Source of the DNA: Octopus bimaculoides
Lineage: Eukaryota
Direction of reading: 5' to 3'
NCBI RefSeq assembly: GCF_001194135.2
Contig: NC_069004.1
Coordinates: forward strand, 1,827,398 to 1,891,397
DNA: 64,000 nt
Shown here: positions 12,777 to 26,900 of the stretch, in pieces
Numbering within the stretch: the first letter of the stretch is position 1
Layout of the letters: every line of letters starts with the position of its first letter
Made by a program: the position numbers and the translations under genes
The notes under the pieces: model-generated
What the model was told of the DNA's origin: nothing
Databases searched by the model: none
What the model saw: only the letters and a program-made list of their open reading frames with translations

Positions 12777-15700
12777 TATAATTGACTACTAACTACTGTT
12801 CAATGTGTTTGCAAGGAATTTTTAAAGCATTTTAAAATGGGACCATATTAGATATGAAATACTGAATATGTCTGGAAGCTTACATGACAGTATGCTTAAA
12901 AGAACATTTTATTTGGAACTGAACTGGTGTCATATTCTTCTTGTAATGAACTTAATAATCTTCATACTCAATTATATATACTTGTATTAAATTTTAAATT
13001 AATGTTAAATCGGAGAAATTTTATTTTTTTACTAGCGAATGGTACTCACTTTTTAGATTTAATAATTTTTGTCTAACTCTTCCAAACTCTTATACAATGT
13101 AAAATTCAAATTCTACTAAAATTGTTCTGAAATAGAGGTTTTTTTTAATTATTATTTACTCCATTGAAAAATTAATTTCTCCTTATTTTCTGTCAGTAGT
13201 TTATGTGCACAGAAGAAAGATTTTTGAGAAAAAGGTTTGTTTCTGGGTTTTTTCTTCTTAAATAACAATTATCTCTTCTGTGTTCATATCTAGTGGCTCC
13301 CAAGAAATTTCTTTAGAGAAAGTAGGAAATAAATTTTTTGGGAATTAACATCACTTGAATATAATAAATAACCAGTTAGAATAATTTATTTACAATTAAT
13401 TTCATTGCAAACCAATTTGAAAACTTGTTTAAAATATTTAAATACCATCTTCTAGCAGCTTATGATTTTGACTAGAAATAGAGAGAGAGATTGAAGTTAT
13501 TCAGTCCCAGTTTTAGTTGAATATATTAAGCATAGTGTAGTTTAATTAATGCTAAGTTAATGTTAGCTTCTTGTTTTCCTCTAAAATATTTCAATTATTT
13601 GTACAATTTTTTTTCTTTCTTTTTTTTCTTTCCAGGACGAGTTCAACTGTCGCCCGCTATTGATTGCAGTTATAGCTGGTCCCTCGTCATTGATTGTAGT
13701 TAACTGCTCCCTTGTCATCTGATGCATTAGTTTTTAAATAGGTTTTTTTTATTTAGTTCTCCCCACCTCCAAACAGATTAATTCTAGAGCTAAGGTTTCT
13801 TCCTATTGTTTCTCCTCTCTGTTCACAATAGGTCGGTCGTGAACTCATAATGTAAATGCAAGAGATTTGTCTTGGGATAAAAAGTGCAACCACCACTAAA
13901 TGATGCCTAGTTCTTGTTCAAATGAAAGTTTCTTTATGTTTAGGTTGCTAGAGTGAATATCAAAGATTATATTTTGGTGAAAATAAAACCTGGTTGTAAT
14001 TCAAGCTGAAACTTATAATTCTATTTATTTTTATTTTTTTAACAAACATTCCCTTTTCTGGCTACTAGGAACTGTTCTCTCTACCATTGGAGGTGAGCTT
14101 AGTTTGCTATCATTGAGACTGGAACCCAGTAACAGACCCTTTATCTTCTAATTCTGAATAAAAGTTTTGACTCGTATATTGTTTGATTTTTGTTTTATTT
14201 TCAATTTTCTGACTAAGACTTCCAACTCTTCAGTTTTCCCCCAAAGAAACTGGTGACGCTCTCTGTCGGGAATTTCAAGGTTTTCTCATTTCCTCACACC
14301 CAGATGAAGTGCTGTTGCTTGGGCTGGAGATGAGAAATTGAAGATAGGACAGCGGCAAGGAGCAGTGGTATGGTGGAGCTAAAAATTACTGGTATGAGAT
14401 GAATGCATTGGGGAGGAAGCTGAGAATTGGATCAAAACGATAGAAAGAACCAGGATATTGAGCAAGGCAAAAAGAAATAAGATGAAAAAAAAGCCAAGAT
14501 GGTGGAAGGAGAGAAGAGTAAGTGAGAGAGAGACCCTCCTCCCCAAGATACAGAAACTGATGCAGTTCTTTCGGTTTAGCTGCCTATGTAACATTCTGGA
14601 GATAAAGAAAAGAGAAGCTATTTTGCCTTAAAGCTATACTGAAAAGGAATACACCCATACATATGCATTTGGTGTTATTTGAACTCACAATGCAAAGAGT
14701 TTGAACCAGTACCACAGGGCATTCTATCAGCATCATCATAGTTTTCCAATGATGCCACCCTACATGCTAGGCAGGCAGGCTGACATTCCCCACTGAATGG
14801 AACGCCTGTCTGTCTTAGGGTGACCCATTTTCAGCGGAGTGGACAGAAGCAACGAGAAATGAAGTGTTTTGATCAAGAATATAATGCACCTCCGATCTGG
14901 TAATCAAAACCATGATTTTTTTTATGTTATCTTTATCACCTTTCCAGTATCCGTTTCTATTTCCATATTTTGCCCCTTGTGCTGTAACGGGCTGGGCATA
15001 TCTGCAATGTAACATCACTTGTCCCTTTTCTTGGAAAACTTGTGTATATATATATATAAGCTAAAACAGAAACGAAGCGGCAAATGATTTGGCAAGACTG
15101 AGTCACCTTGATGAAAACTACTCGTATTATTAAAAAAAGATTAAGTAGATCGTGAGTAGCCTCCCTTATTCTTTGACGTAATGAAAATGATATTTTGTAG
15201 GGGGGGACAATCCCGTCTTAGATTAAGTAAGGCCGAGATTTCAAATTTGAATTTTAAATCAAAATCGAAGAGGCACGGAATATTTAATATTTCTTTCTTT
15301 TTTTTCTTCATTTTCTTACACATAAAGATCTTTTGGAATTGTCAGCTCAGTATAACCCGAGGCAAATAAATTACGTTAAATTAAACATTTTACGAACAAA
15401 ATTCTTACACAAAATAAGTGCTGACCTTTTTGCATGTTGAAACAGATTTTGTTGCATTTCAGGGGTGTCATTAGGAAACAAATTATACTGCTTGTATAAC
15501 AGTGATGCTCATTTACAACAATAATGTGATGTCATGACAAGAAGAAAAACACACACACATATATATGTAGGGAGTTCGTTTTGCCCTGCCTCAGGTTTGA
15601 AACCCAAATCCACTTGCTTGTTGCTTGTCAAACAGGTCTGAAATCCCTTTGTGTTTGCATCTCCACACCGGAGGATTAATGGAAAACACTTGACCTCCTA

Positions 15701-18399
15701 GAACCTCTGCTGGTCACGGAAGTGTCAGTCCTTGGCTTTCGATTTGACCTACATCCTGTCCATGGAGTATATAACAGGGCATTTCTTTCTCCAGCTTCAT
15801 TTGAAGAGCAGCTTTTGGCCAGAATCAAGAGGACAATGCCACCCTTATTCTTTATTTCTCTTTGTCAGCAGAGTGTAATCCTTCTCTTTCTCTCTCTCTC
15901 TGTCATCAGAATGCACAACAATCAACAGGCGAAGCTTTGTCACTGTCAATTATTAATTACTGCTAAGTGGAGCAAAAGAGAATGGAAAGTGTTGCTGAAG
16001 AGGTGTGACAAAAGATTTCTGGACAATGGACACGATGTGTGATGAAAGATTTCTGGACAATGGACACAAGCTAAAATAAGAACAATAATAAATGAGTGAA
16101 GAACGAATGTATTGTGCCTGTGTTTATTTAGCAAAAAAAAAATTTTTTTTAGTGGCTATCCTGAAATACAACAGACTTTCTAACCACTTGCAAGCAAATA
16201 AACATGTAAATAATATATTCTATTCTTCAGTATTCTTCTTCACTTGAGATCGACAATTAGAGAACCTTCCATCTTCACTGCAACAGCAGTTACATTTAAT
16301 CCCTACATGTGTGTGTGTATTGCTTAGGCATTGCAAGACCAATAACTCAATGTAGAACTCAATATGCATGTGTTTCAGAGCAAATTGTTTGCTGGGTACA
16401 GAGTGATGATAAGAAAGAGAGAGGCAACATAATTCGTTCCCAAATAAATTACATTTCATATTCAAGGTTCCAATGAAGATGCAAGGTGTTACTCAGACAC
16501 TCAACTTCGAGTCCACTGCATCTTGTAGCAGAAACAGCTGTAAGCTAATGAAGTTCATAAAATAATCACTTATTCCTTAATCATTTCAATTTCTTGTATC
16601 TATACACACACACACACAACAAATGAAGGACAAACATTTCAGAGTGTTTGGGTGTCAATCTGAGGGGTCTTTTTCTTTTCCAGGTTATAGGTCATTTAGT
16701 TCACAATCGTAAGGTCATGAGATCAATTCCTGGCGATGCATTGTGCCCTTGAGCAAGACGCTTTATTTTCATGGTGCTCCAGTCTACTCAGCTGGAAAAA
16801 GTGAGTGGTACCTTTGTTTCAAAGGGGCCATCCTTGTCACATCTTGTGTCTCACTGAATCTCCCTGAGAACTACGTTAAGGGTACACGTGTCTGTGGAGT
16901 GCTCAGCCACTTGCACATTAATCTCACAAGCAAATTGTTCTGTTGATCGTATCAGCTGGGACCCTCGTCGTCGTAACCGACAGAATGCTCCTTAGGGTCT
17001 GTTTGATAGGATGAAAATAAATTAAGTAAAGATTTTATTTAACATACACAGGTACAAATTAATGCGCTTCTAAAGCAGAATTATGCTTAATCTTTATTAA
17101 TCCACTTAAAAAGAATTAAAGAACAAATCTATTTTCAACACACCATATGCAAATTAATCAACTTCAGAAACATTGCATAGTATTCTGGATAAACGGTCCA
17201 TTACTGTGTAAAAACAAAAAAGAACTAAAAGGAAAAAATACCGTTTTCCACCTCTCTCCTTTCCAAATGAAATAATGATACCAATTCCAGAATTCTGCTT
17301 GCTATTCTAATTCAGTAAAAGAACTGATTACGCTTGAAGGTCAAGTTTTGCCAGTTGTAAAAAAAGAAAATTATTCCTAGGTATGGTTGTGAAGTAAGAA
17401 TTTTGCCTCCCAGTAACATGGTCGAGGGGTTCAGTCCCACTGCATGGTACCTTGGGCAAGTATCTTCTACTATAGCTCCATGCCTATCAAAGGTTTGTGA
17501 ATGAATTTGGTAGACAGAAACTGAAAGAAGCCTGTCGTGTACAAAATATATATATGTGATGGAGGTGGATGTGCGTGAGTGTCCTTGTGTTTGTCCCCTT
17601 CCCCACTACTTCACAACCAGTGTTGGTTTGCTTGCAGCCCAAGTAACTTTGCAATTCAACAAAAAAGAGAATGACAGAATAAATACTAGCTATAAGACGA
17701 AGAAAAGAAAGAAAGAATTCTGGTTTAAGACACCCCCTCCTCCGCCATAACCTTTAATCTTTAATTTTTTTGAATTTTCAGAAAATTTTTGTTCTATACA
17801 CGGGAATTCATGGGATTATGAAAATGAAAAAAATTTTTATTCCGCTCCCCCCCGTCCCGATGTAGCCTAAAATTTCCACTCGTTTTCCGACTATTTTTTA
17901 AAATCAGAATTTAAGATACGGACAGTCGAAATTCTTTGCTTAAATCCCAGCAATGGACCATCCTTGAGTGCACTATCACTCCATTAAATATGCTTTGGGG
18001 GAGAAAAGTATTGAAAAGCATGAGTTACATGTCAGAATGACAAAGAAATGAAGAGGACGGTATCAGGTAGTCATGGGATGTGCTAAAAACAACGGCTAAA
18101 TCACACACAATTTTTTTTTATTTCCGTAATCGTATGCATTCGCGTGTGTAGAACAGAAATTCGCAGACATTTTCTGAAAACATTCCCCAANNNNNNNNNN
18201 NNNNNNNNNNNNNNNNNNNNNNNNNNNNNNNNNNNNNNNNNNNNNNNNNNNNNNNNNNNNNNNNNNNNNNNNNNNNNNNNNNNNNNNNNNNNNNNNNNNN
18301 NNNNNNNNNNNNNNNNNNNNNNNNNNNNNNNNNNNNNNNNNNNNNNNNNAAACCAGAATTCCACCTAACCAAAGATTTGTACTGAAGTCGATTCGTTTG

Positions 18400-18507
18400 A
18401 TTAAAACCGGATCAGAAAAGATGCCCAGCTTGGCCGCAGTGAGTCGCGACAGCAACGTGATTGATTTCCGGTTGTGAGGCTTGCGCACGCCACCGGAAGT
18501 GGTAAGA
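18400..18507 (+). promoter_or_regulatory. Probable UBE4A promoter and non-coding exon 1, ending at donor G|GTAAGA (18501/18502)
   Basis: CpG-rich patch with ETS-type sites (TTTCCGGTT about 18466; CCGGAAGT 18493-18500), NRF1-like TGCGCACGC (18482-18490) and palindromic GTCGCGAC (18443-18450), followed by a strong donor. The next acceptor, at 20733, precedes the UBE4A ATG. Confidence 0.6.
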
Positions 18508-20756
18508 GCTACAAGTTGCTTTCAGATTATTTATTCTGTCGGAGAATCCCCAGATTTTTGTTGGTGAGAATTTATTTCTTTAAATTATTATTATTGTTAT
18601 TTTACCCCTTTCGTTTTTTTTGGCTTGATTTTTAAGGACTAAAAATGCCTAATACCTACAGTGACATAAACTAAAAACGACCGTAACAAGACGCTTAAAT
18701 CCTTAAAATGGATTTATGTAAATATTTGCTGTCTTCAAAGCAGGAAATGTTTGTTTATTGGTAAATGAGGATCCAAGTTGTCTGCAAAAAACCCTAACAA
18801 ATCAGCACTGGCTGTCTAAGATCACAGCTGTAGGGCTCGGATTTAGATCTACGGATCTTCCTTTGTGAATTTTGTAGGTCTTCCTATTCTTTGCTATTCT
18901 CTGTCATTCCTTCTAAAAACATTTTCTCTTGATTAGATATAAAAGCCATGGAAGGATTTGATCGGCTGTTTTGTATTTTGATGATTGGTTGATTAGAAGA
19001 TAATTCATTCTAGAAATCACTGCATATGTGTGTCTTTTACTAGAACTTGGGGTTTCTCTTTGAAAAGTGAGTTTGACGAGTTGAATTGCCGTGAAGTAAA
19101 AATTACAACAGCAATAATAATAATAATGATTAGGCACAGACTTTGAGGTGGGGATAGGAGGTGGCTTGTTGACTACATCGACTCCAGTGCTCTATTGGTG
19201 CTTATTTGGCAATCCTTCGACGTTTATGCGACTAATATCGAAGGAGTGGCACTTATTTCATCAACTCCGAAAGGCTGAAAGACAAAACTGATCTCTGAGA
19301 ATGCTTCAAATGTTGGCACAAGGCCAAGGCCAAACATTTTGAAAGGAAGGGTGGACAAGTCGATTACATTAACCCCAGCACTCGGATGCTACCTTTTTTT
19401 CTAATCTATCCCCGAAAGGGATGAAAGACGAAGTCGACCTTGGCAGAATTTGAGCTCAGAATGTAATAATTTGGATAGAAAAAAAAAAATACCGCAAAGC
19501 ATTTCTTCCGACGCTCTGAAAATTTTGCCAGCTCATCGCAGTAAAAATAACAACGTTTCTTGCGATGGCCTCTTTTCTGAGGGTTAACTAGCTAGACAAA
19601 TTAATGGTTTTGCTAAGCCTCCGAAGGAACAGATCTTCCGGTGTTTAAAGACGTTCTACACGTGACCATCTCGTTTTATTTATATTCACAGATACACTTA
19701 CCAGTATTATTTGTATCGTTCTCATTTTTGTACACAGCGTAATGTTATTTGGTGACAATTCGACTGCTATTTCTAGCAGGTCTGGTGACTAGTAAATTTA
19801 ATAAACTCGCAGTCAAAGCGACATCTCTTTCTTTCTTTCTTTCTCTGTCCAAACTGTGTTCTCTTGTTATGCCATTTGAACTCATCTCATTGTTTCCAAC
19901 ACAGACCACCGCCGCCGCCGCCCACCCTCTCAGAATACGGATGTTTTGAAGGGGAAAAAAAACAAAACAGACGTTGCTCGTTAAGTGGCCATTTATGAAT
20001 CTGTGCTTGATATCCTACTTTCAAAATAAAACTGAAATGTTCAGTCACGGCTTGTTCAATGTTTGTAACATGAACTGCTTTCAGTTTCTCTATTGTAGTA
20101 GTAGTAGTGGTAGTGGTGGTGGTGGTAGTTCTTGTTTAAGCCCACCACCACCATCTCACCCAGGTCAGCTGATTGAAGATCAAACACTTCACCGAAAAGT
20201 ACAAAGTGTAGCAACAGATGTCATTGTCTTGCGGTGGTAGTAGTAGTAGTAGTAGTAAAGATTACGAATAGCAAAGTATCCTCAGTACTCAGTCAACAGC
20301 AAACAATTCATTTGGAAGTCTAAATCCAACCCCTAAATGGATAACGTTTGTCAAGATGCACAAATCAGACCCGGAGCTCTGAACACTTTACTGGTAAATC
20401 CCTGTACATTTAGAGTAGTGGTTCGCAACCATTTTCTTTTCTTTTCTTTTTTTTCTATCTAAGGACCCCTTTTTAATTACTATTTCATTCTTGCCAGAGC
20501 TGACCTCGCCTGTGCTTGTGCTACATAAAGGGCACTAAGTCCACTCTGTTGGTTGCTGTGAATAAATAAACTGCACAGGAAATGCTATGAAACATTTGGT
20601 GGCTGACTATTTTGGCCAACATCTATCACATATGAACTATCTCTTATCATTCTTATCGTCCTCATCATCATCATCATCGTTACTGTCGTCTTTTATTACT
20701 GATGTTTTTGATTTTTCTAACTGTATCTTCAGAAACTGGATAATGCCAAATAAAAG

Positions 20757-20952
20757 ATGAGTGACGAAGATATTTCTAGCAATCCGTTTGCAGCCCTTCT
20801 CCCTTTGGGTTCCCAGCCGCAGCAGTACACCAAGAAATTGTCTGCAAATGAAGACAATGTTGTCGATACGACCAAAACAGATGACGGTTTGTCTGAAAGA
20901 TTTAAAGCCAGTTGTATTCTAGGAGAAATATTTCTTGTTACTTTAGATCCAG
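20757..20952 (+). CDS. UBE4A: UBE4A first coding exon (exon starts at 20733)
   Basis: cag|20733; [15 protein letters not shown]...IFLVTLDP; donor gtaaat, phase 1. Confidence 0.93.
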
Positions 20953-23900
20953 GTAAATTTCTTTCATCTCTGCTTGTTATTGTTTCTTTTACTTTTGTTT
21001 GTATTAAGTAAGCTTTCTATAAAAATCATTTTGTCAACCCAACTCTGTGTTGGGACGGCGAATAATCAAATCTAATTGAAATTTTTTAGTCTGTGTGTAT
21101 GTGTGTGTGTTCAGGTGCACAGCCTAGTGGTTAGGGTGTTGTGCCCATGGTCACTAGGTTATGAGTTTGATTCCCAGACCAGGCAGCATGCTGTGTTCTT
21201 GAGCAAAACACTTCATTTCGTGTTGCTCCAGTCCTCCTTTCAGTTAGAGCGGAATGTTGTGCTGCTTACCAAGTCAGCGGGTTGGCGTCACTCGAAGACT
21301 AAAATGATGCAAAGCACACTGTGACCAGCGATGTGTAACATCATCTGATAGTTTGGTTCAATCACATGATGTGTGTGTGTGTGTGTATGTAAAATATCAC
21401 TATCATTGTTATTTCATATCTATATAAAATTTTCCCATTATTTCTCAGAATCATCCAAACAGCAAAGAATTCAAGAATCTGAGATTGTTGTTTGTGAGAC
21501 TAAAAGACATTTTCTAAGATTGACAAATAAATGCTGGCATAATCGATAAAAGATTTTGGATAGGAATCAAAGCAAGAACTGCCATGTTTTTTGACTCCCA
21601 TTTCTCGTTAACATGTTGGAGTAACTCTCTCTCTCTCTCTCTCATTTACTTCTCTTTCAGATGACATTTACTCTTGTCCTAAAGTTTACTTGAAAGACAT
21701 TAACAATTCACAAACATGGCTGGATCTTGACTGTCTTAATCAGGTTTGGCCTCTTTTTTTCTTTTTTCTTTTTTTTCTGATAATATTTTATTTATTTTCA
21801 TTTTCATTAAGGTGGCAAGCTGGTAGAATCATTAGCACGCTGGGCAGAATCGTTAGCACGTTGGGCAGCATTTTGTCCGTCTTCACGTTCTGAGTTCAAA
21901 TTCCACCAAGGTCAACTTTGCCTTTCATCCTTTCGGAGGTTGATAAATTAAATACCTGTGAAAGAACTGGGGTCGATGTAATCAACTAGTCCCCTCCCCC
22001 AAAACTTCAGGCCTTGTGCCCATAGCAGAGAGGATTATTTTTATTTCCAATGACTTATGCAAAAATCTCTCAATACACTGAGATTATTCATTCCTGTCAC
22101 CACCACCCCCTCACTGTGCACAATTATTTCTCCTTCATCTGAATATTATTATCCCTCATCCATCCTTCCCACACCTATATGTTACTATTTATTTTTTGGG
22201 CTCTGTAGCTCTGGTGCCAGGGAAAGTTAGATACAGGGGCCCAGGTCTGTGAGGGTTAATTGATGGTTGGCTCAGTCAAGGTTTACTTTCAGCTGAACTA
22301 AAACATTGCTATTTTCCATTGGTTTTTTTCCAATATCTATCATTCTTGTTGCATAATATCTCAGCATTTCACACACACTCCTCAAGCACATGGTGTCATT
22401 GTTTTCGTCTTGAAGGTTGTGCTTGAACGCTTACTTCTTGAAGATCCTAAACAGTCCATACAATTCGACAGCAAGAGTGCAAAGAGCGAGATTCACTTGG
22501 AGCAAGATTTGAAAAATGCAAGTGAACAGAAATCGTTGCACTATTTGTTTGGAAGCTTTCTTCGAGCACAACACCTCTTGGTTAAATATCAGGTAAGCAT
22601 CGTTGGTTTTGTTTTCCAACAACCGTATCAATTCTCAGCATACTCGATGTTATTCTTCATTGTGAATGCATGGAGCCTTGTGGTTAGGGTATTCGACTCA
22701 AGATCGAATGATCGTGAGTTTGATTCCTGGCAGCATGTTGTGTTCTTGAGCAAGTTGCTTTATTTCATGTTCCTCCGATTCACTCAGCTGACAAAAATGA
22801 GTCATGCTTTTAATTCAAAAGGGGGGCCAACCTGGTCACATTCTGTGTCGTTCTGAATCACCCTGAGAACTACATTAAGGGTACATGTGTCTGTGGAGTA
22901 CTCAGCCAATTTGCATGTTAATTTCATGTTTGTTGATCGGATCAGCTGGAACCCTCATTGTTGTCACTGACAGAGTGCCACTTATGGTTATCACTGACCC
23001 TACCTGAAAAAACCCTGGTAGACAGAAACTAAAAGAAGCCTGTCGTATATATATGCATGTATAAGTACTAGGGTTCATTCATTCAACTAAAAATTTCTTC
23101 AAGGCAGTGCCCCAGCATGGCCACAATCTAATGACTGCAACACATGAAAGATAAAAAGATAAAAGAAATCTTCAGTTTTTTTCTGTGATGGTTCATTCTT
23201 CTTGCAGGGGACCAGTTTTGAACATTATATTAAAGAATGTCAAAATGTGGCCTTAACAAATGCCAAACTGTGTCTACAGCAACCAGAACTTGTCTTGAGT
23301 CAAAGCTTGCCAAATCAATTCATCGACATATTCTTCAGCAACTACAAGACAGTCTTAGGTAAGTCATATTATTGCCATTTACTCTTTCTACCCGGTTATC
23401 ATCATAACATCTACTTTCTCATGATAGCATGGATTGGACGGAATTTATTGAAAAAGATTTTCTAAGGTCACGTAAAAGCGCCTGTGTGATGCCATGCAAA
23501 AGCACCCATGTAATAGCACCCAGCACACTCTGTAAGGTGGTTGGCGTTAGGAAGGGCATCCAGCCATAGAAGCCATGCCAAATCAGACTAGAATTTGGTG
23601 CAGCTCCCCAGCTTGCTAGCTCTGGTCAAGCCATCCAACCCATGCCAGCATGGGCAACGGACGTTAAGTGATAATGAAGGTCAGGTGTCCTTCCTGTCAC
23701 CAACCCTGAACTGTTTCCAAGAAGATGATATTTTCTCTGTTGCCAGACTTGTTCTTGCAGAGTATTCGGAAATGAATGTCACCGCTTATATAACAGTGAC
23801 AATCATTTACAACTACCATGTGATGTCAAAGACAAAGCCTCACAAACTCACACACACACATACACAGTTGACTTCTTTTCAGTTTCTGCTTACCAAATCC

Positions 23901-26900
23901 AATCTCAAGGCTTTGGTTAAGCCAGGGTTATAGCAGAAGACACTTACCCAAGGTACTATAACGGAGAAAAAAGTAGCAAACGATAAAATTTGGATAAGCG
24001 CCGATTTATTCCTCTCATTATGAAAATAAGATTTAAACAACACTTACTGACCAAAAACAAAATAAAAACAAAAATCTTCTTACACAGTGTCATCAAAAGC
24101 TGTGTAAAAAAAAGGGGGGCAGGATACTAATATTTTGTTGGGTTTTTTTTTTATTTCTTTATATGGTTCAGTCATTGGACTGCAGCCATTCTGGAGCACT
24201 GTCTCGAGACATTCATTTATCGAAAGACCAGTTATGATTTATTGACCCAGGCAAGTTGCCCGACTGGATGCTGACGAGGAATTGACATTAATTTGATTTT
24301 ACATTGATCGGTCAGTTAATGATTACCATCTAACATCTTGGCTGGCTTTTTTCTTTTTCTTTTCTTCTTCTGCACCAAGGAGACAACTGTATGGTGATGC
24401 TCGACTTCTTCACTAGACTTGCTAATGAAGTCCATAAATTTACGGAAGTTGGATCCGTGAAGGAAGCCTTCCAACCAATATTAGATGTTATTTATCAACA
24501 TATGACAACTGAACTCAATCTTATGCACGTAGCTCTTTTTGAATATCTAGACCTCCTCACATTCTTCCACAGGTCTGAACCTCTTGCTCTGGTCAGTATG
24601 TTTTGTTTTTCTTTCTTTCTTTTTTTTTTTTTTTCTTGAAATGGTTTTCTTGAAGAAATGCAGTGTTCTGTAGGCATGGCTGTGTGGTTGATAAGCCTGC
24701 TTCCCAACCAGGTGGTCTTTGGTTCACTCCTACTGTGTGCAACCTTTCATAAGTGTCTCATACTGTAGCCTGGACTGACCAAAGCCTTGTGAGTGGATTT
24801 CATAGATGGAAACTGAAAGAAGCCCGTCATGTGTATATACACACACACACGTCATCATCATTTTAACGTCCACTTTTCTATGCACACATGGGTTGGATAG
24901 AATTTATTGAGGCAAATTTTCTCTGTCCAAACGCCCTTCCTGTCAACCGATCCACTCACGAGGCTTTCATCAGTCAGCCCAGGGCCACACATACACACAA
25001 GATGCCATGCAGTGGGATTGAACCCAGAATCATGTGGTTGGGAAACAAACTTCTTACCACAGAGCCACACCTGCGCCAACAATGTGTGTGTGGTGGTGAT
25101 GGATATCAATCAGTTACTAGTAAAACAGGTCATACCTGTGAGAGAGAAGCAAGATAGAAACTGGAATACTGCAGCAGACAAAATTGTAAGACAGGGAAGA
25201 GAGTAGGAAGAAGAAAACAGGAAGAAATCGGTGAAGAAAGCTTAGACAAATAAAGAAAGAGTAAAATCAAAGCAGAAACAAAAAAATAATTTTTGGTAAC
25301 AATGTTGGTTTTACTTCCAGGCTTTCCTAGAACACAGCACACCACAGGCCAGCACCCCAAAATCTTATGAAAAGACATTACTTGGTTGCATTCTCTCCTT
25401 CAGTTGTATTCCTGTCTCAGACAGTGGTCCTTACGAGTTCTTCAACAACCCATCGGCAGGTACCAAAACAGAGAATGACATTATTGAAGCCAATATTTGG
25501 AAGGTAATACTTGTAATTCATTTTGTATGTAACGTGCTATAATGTGCCCATTATTCTTGGGAGGGTCATAGGGGTAGAATCCTCAGGCACCACCTCCATA
25601 GGCGCCTATCAGAAGCAGGTGTCATTAGACTTACCAGCTGGGTTCCCAAATTTGACCAATTGAGACTGAGACTATGGTTATCATCTGACCATCTCATTCT
25701 CGGTTCAACCATAGGCTTTCTGCCAGTTGGCTTGGCTTTAAGAATCCATCTTCCGATTCTTTCCTGCGACATACTAATCACCTGCACATATCACTGGAAC
25801 TACAACCATTTAACATGGAGAAGTAGTGGCTTGACCTGGAGTGACTCCCTGATCTCCAAGCTAAGCACCCTGTCAATTAGCATTACTCCAAAGATCCCTT
25901 TTGGAGGGACCCCATTTTGGCCACTTGTATTAAACGTTTGTACTCTTTTGGTCATTACCCAACAATTATGTCCATAAGTGAGGATGGGCATGGAAACTGA
26001 ACTGAAGACAGCAAGTTTGGCTTTTTTTTTCTTTTTGCCATCCTTTCCTCTATGAAATGATGGAACTGGTGCATTACCTTGCCAGTATTTGCAATAATGT
26101 ATGAAATGCATAAAGACATACGATATATGTATGATGTTTGTGAAACCCTTAAAAAAAGTCTGGTTACTTATTCTATCGGTCTCTATTTATTAAAGCTTCA
26201 ATGTCTTAGCAACTGACTTGGTTGACACCCACAAGATTATCCAGAGCTCCTTTTTGAATTCCATATGACATACACTCATGACTTTTGGAAACAGTTTTTT
26301 CCTGCTCAGAATCGCTGAAGCATGGAATAAACAACCCACATCAGTTGTTAGCTGTCAGGGCGCTACATCATTGAAAAACTCCTCTGCCTCCTGAAATTAG
26401 CCAACAGTACACCCGATGCCCCTCCCCACCCCTTTCTTTAAGCACTTCATTTATTGTTGCACTTCCTGTGCATTGTTCTCTGTACTGTCCATGATGAGTT
26501 GTGGTGCACCTCTGAACACTGTATACAATAAGTTTGTTATATTCCATTGTATCTTCAGGCATTGGCAAACCTTGGTGATAAAGTCCACCAGTTGTTTCAT
26601 GGACTTATTAAAGTCTCTGACGAAACTCGACATCAAGTCCTAAATTGGTTGGCTAATTGCCTACATTCTAACGAAGGTAGGTTACTGCATTTGCATTGTA
26701 TTGCTATTTTTCTGTTTTTGTTTTTTTTTCCATATTCACTGCAGATAACTGAATGTTGCAAGTGCAAAGGTGTCTTAAATACTGATTAGAGAGCTGTGTA
26801 TATGTGTGCATCTAATGGCATCATTCATCATTGTTTCAACGTTCGATTTTCCCTTTCCATCTTCCTGCAAATATCTCACATAAAACATTCCATTTTTGTA

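Noticed and set aside
11783-12785. Long ORFs spanning N-runs (also at 18.1, 39.1-39.9, 47.5-48.0 and 57.5 kb)
   Set aside because: Artefacts of translating assembly gaps.
13636-13730. Strong acceptor downstream of the CD164-like exon
   Set aside because: All frames close quickly and no donor partner is evident; at most a UTR exon.
23761-23830. In-phase acceptor inside a UBE4A intron ([12 protein letters not shown])
   Set aside because: No phase-1 donor follows, and the flanking exons join in phase without it.
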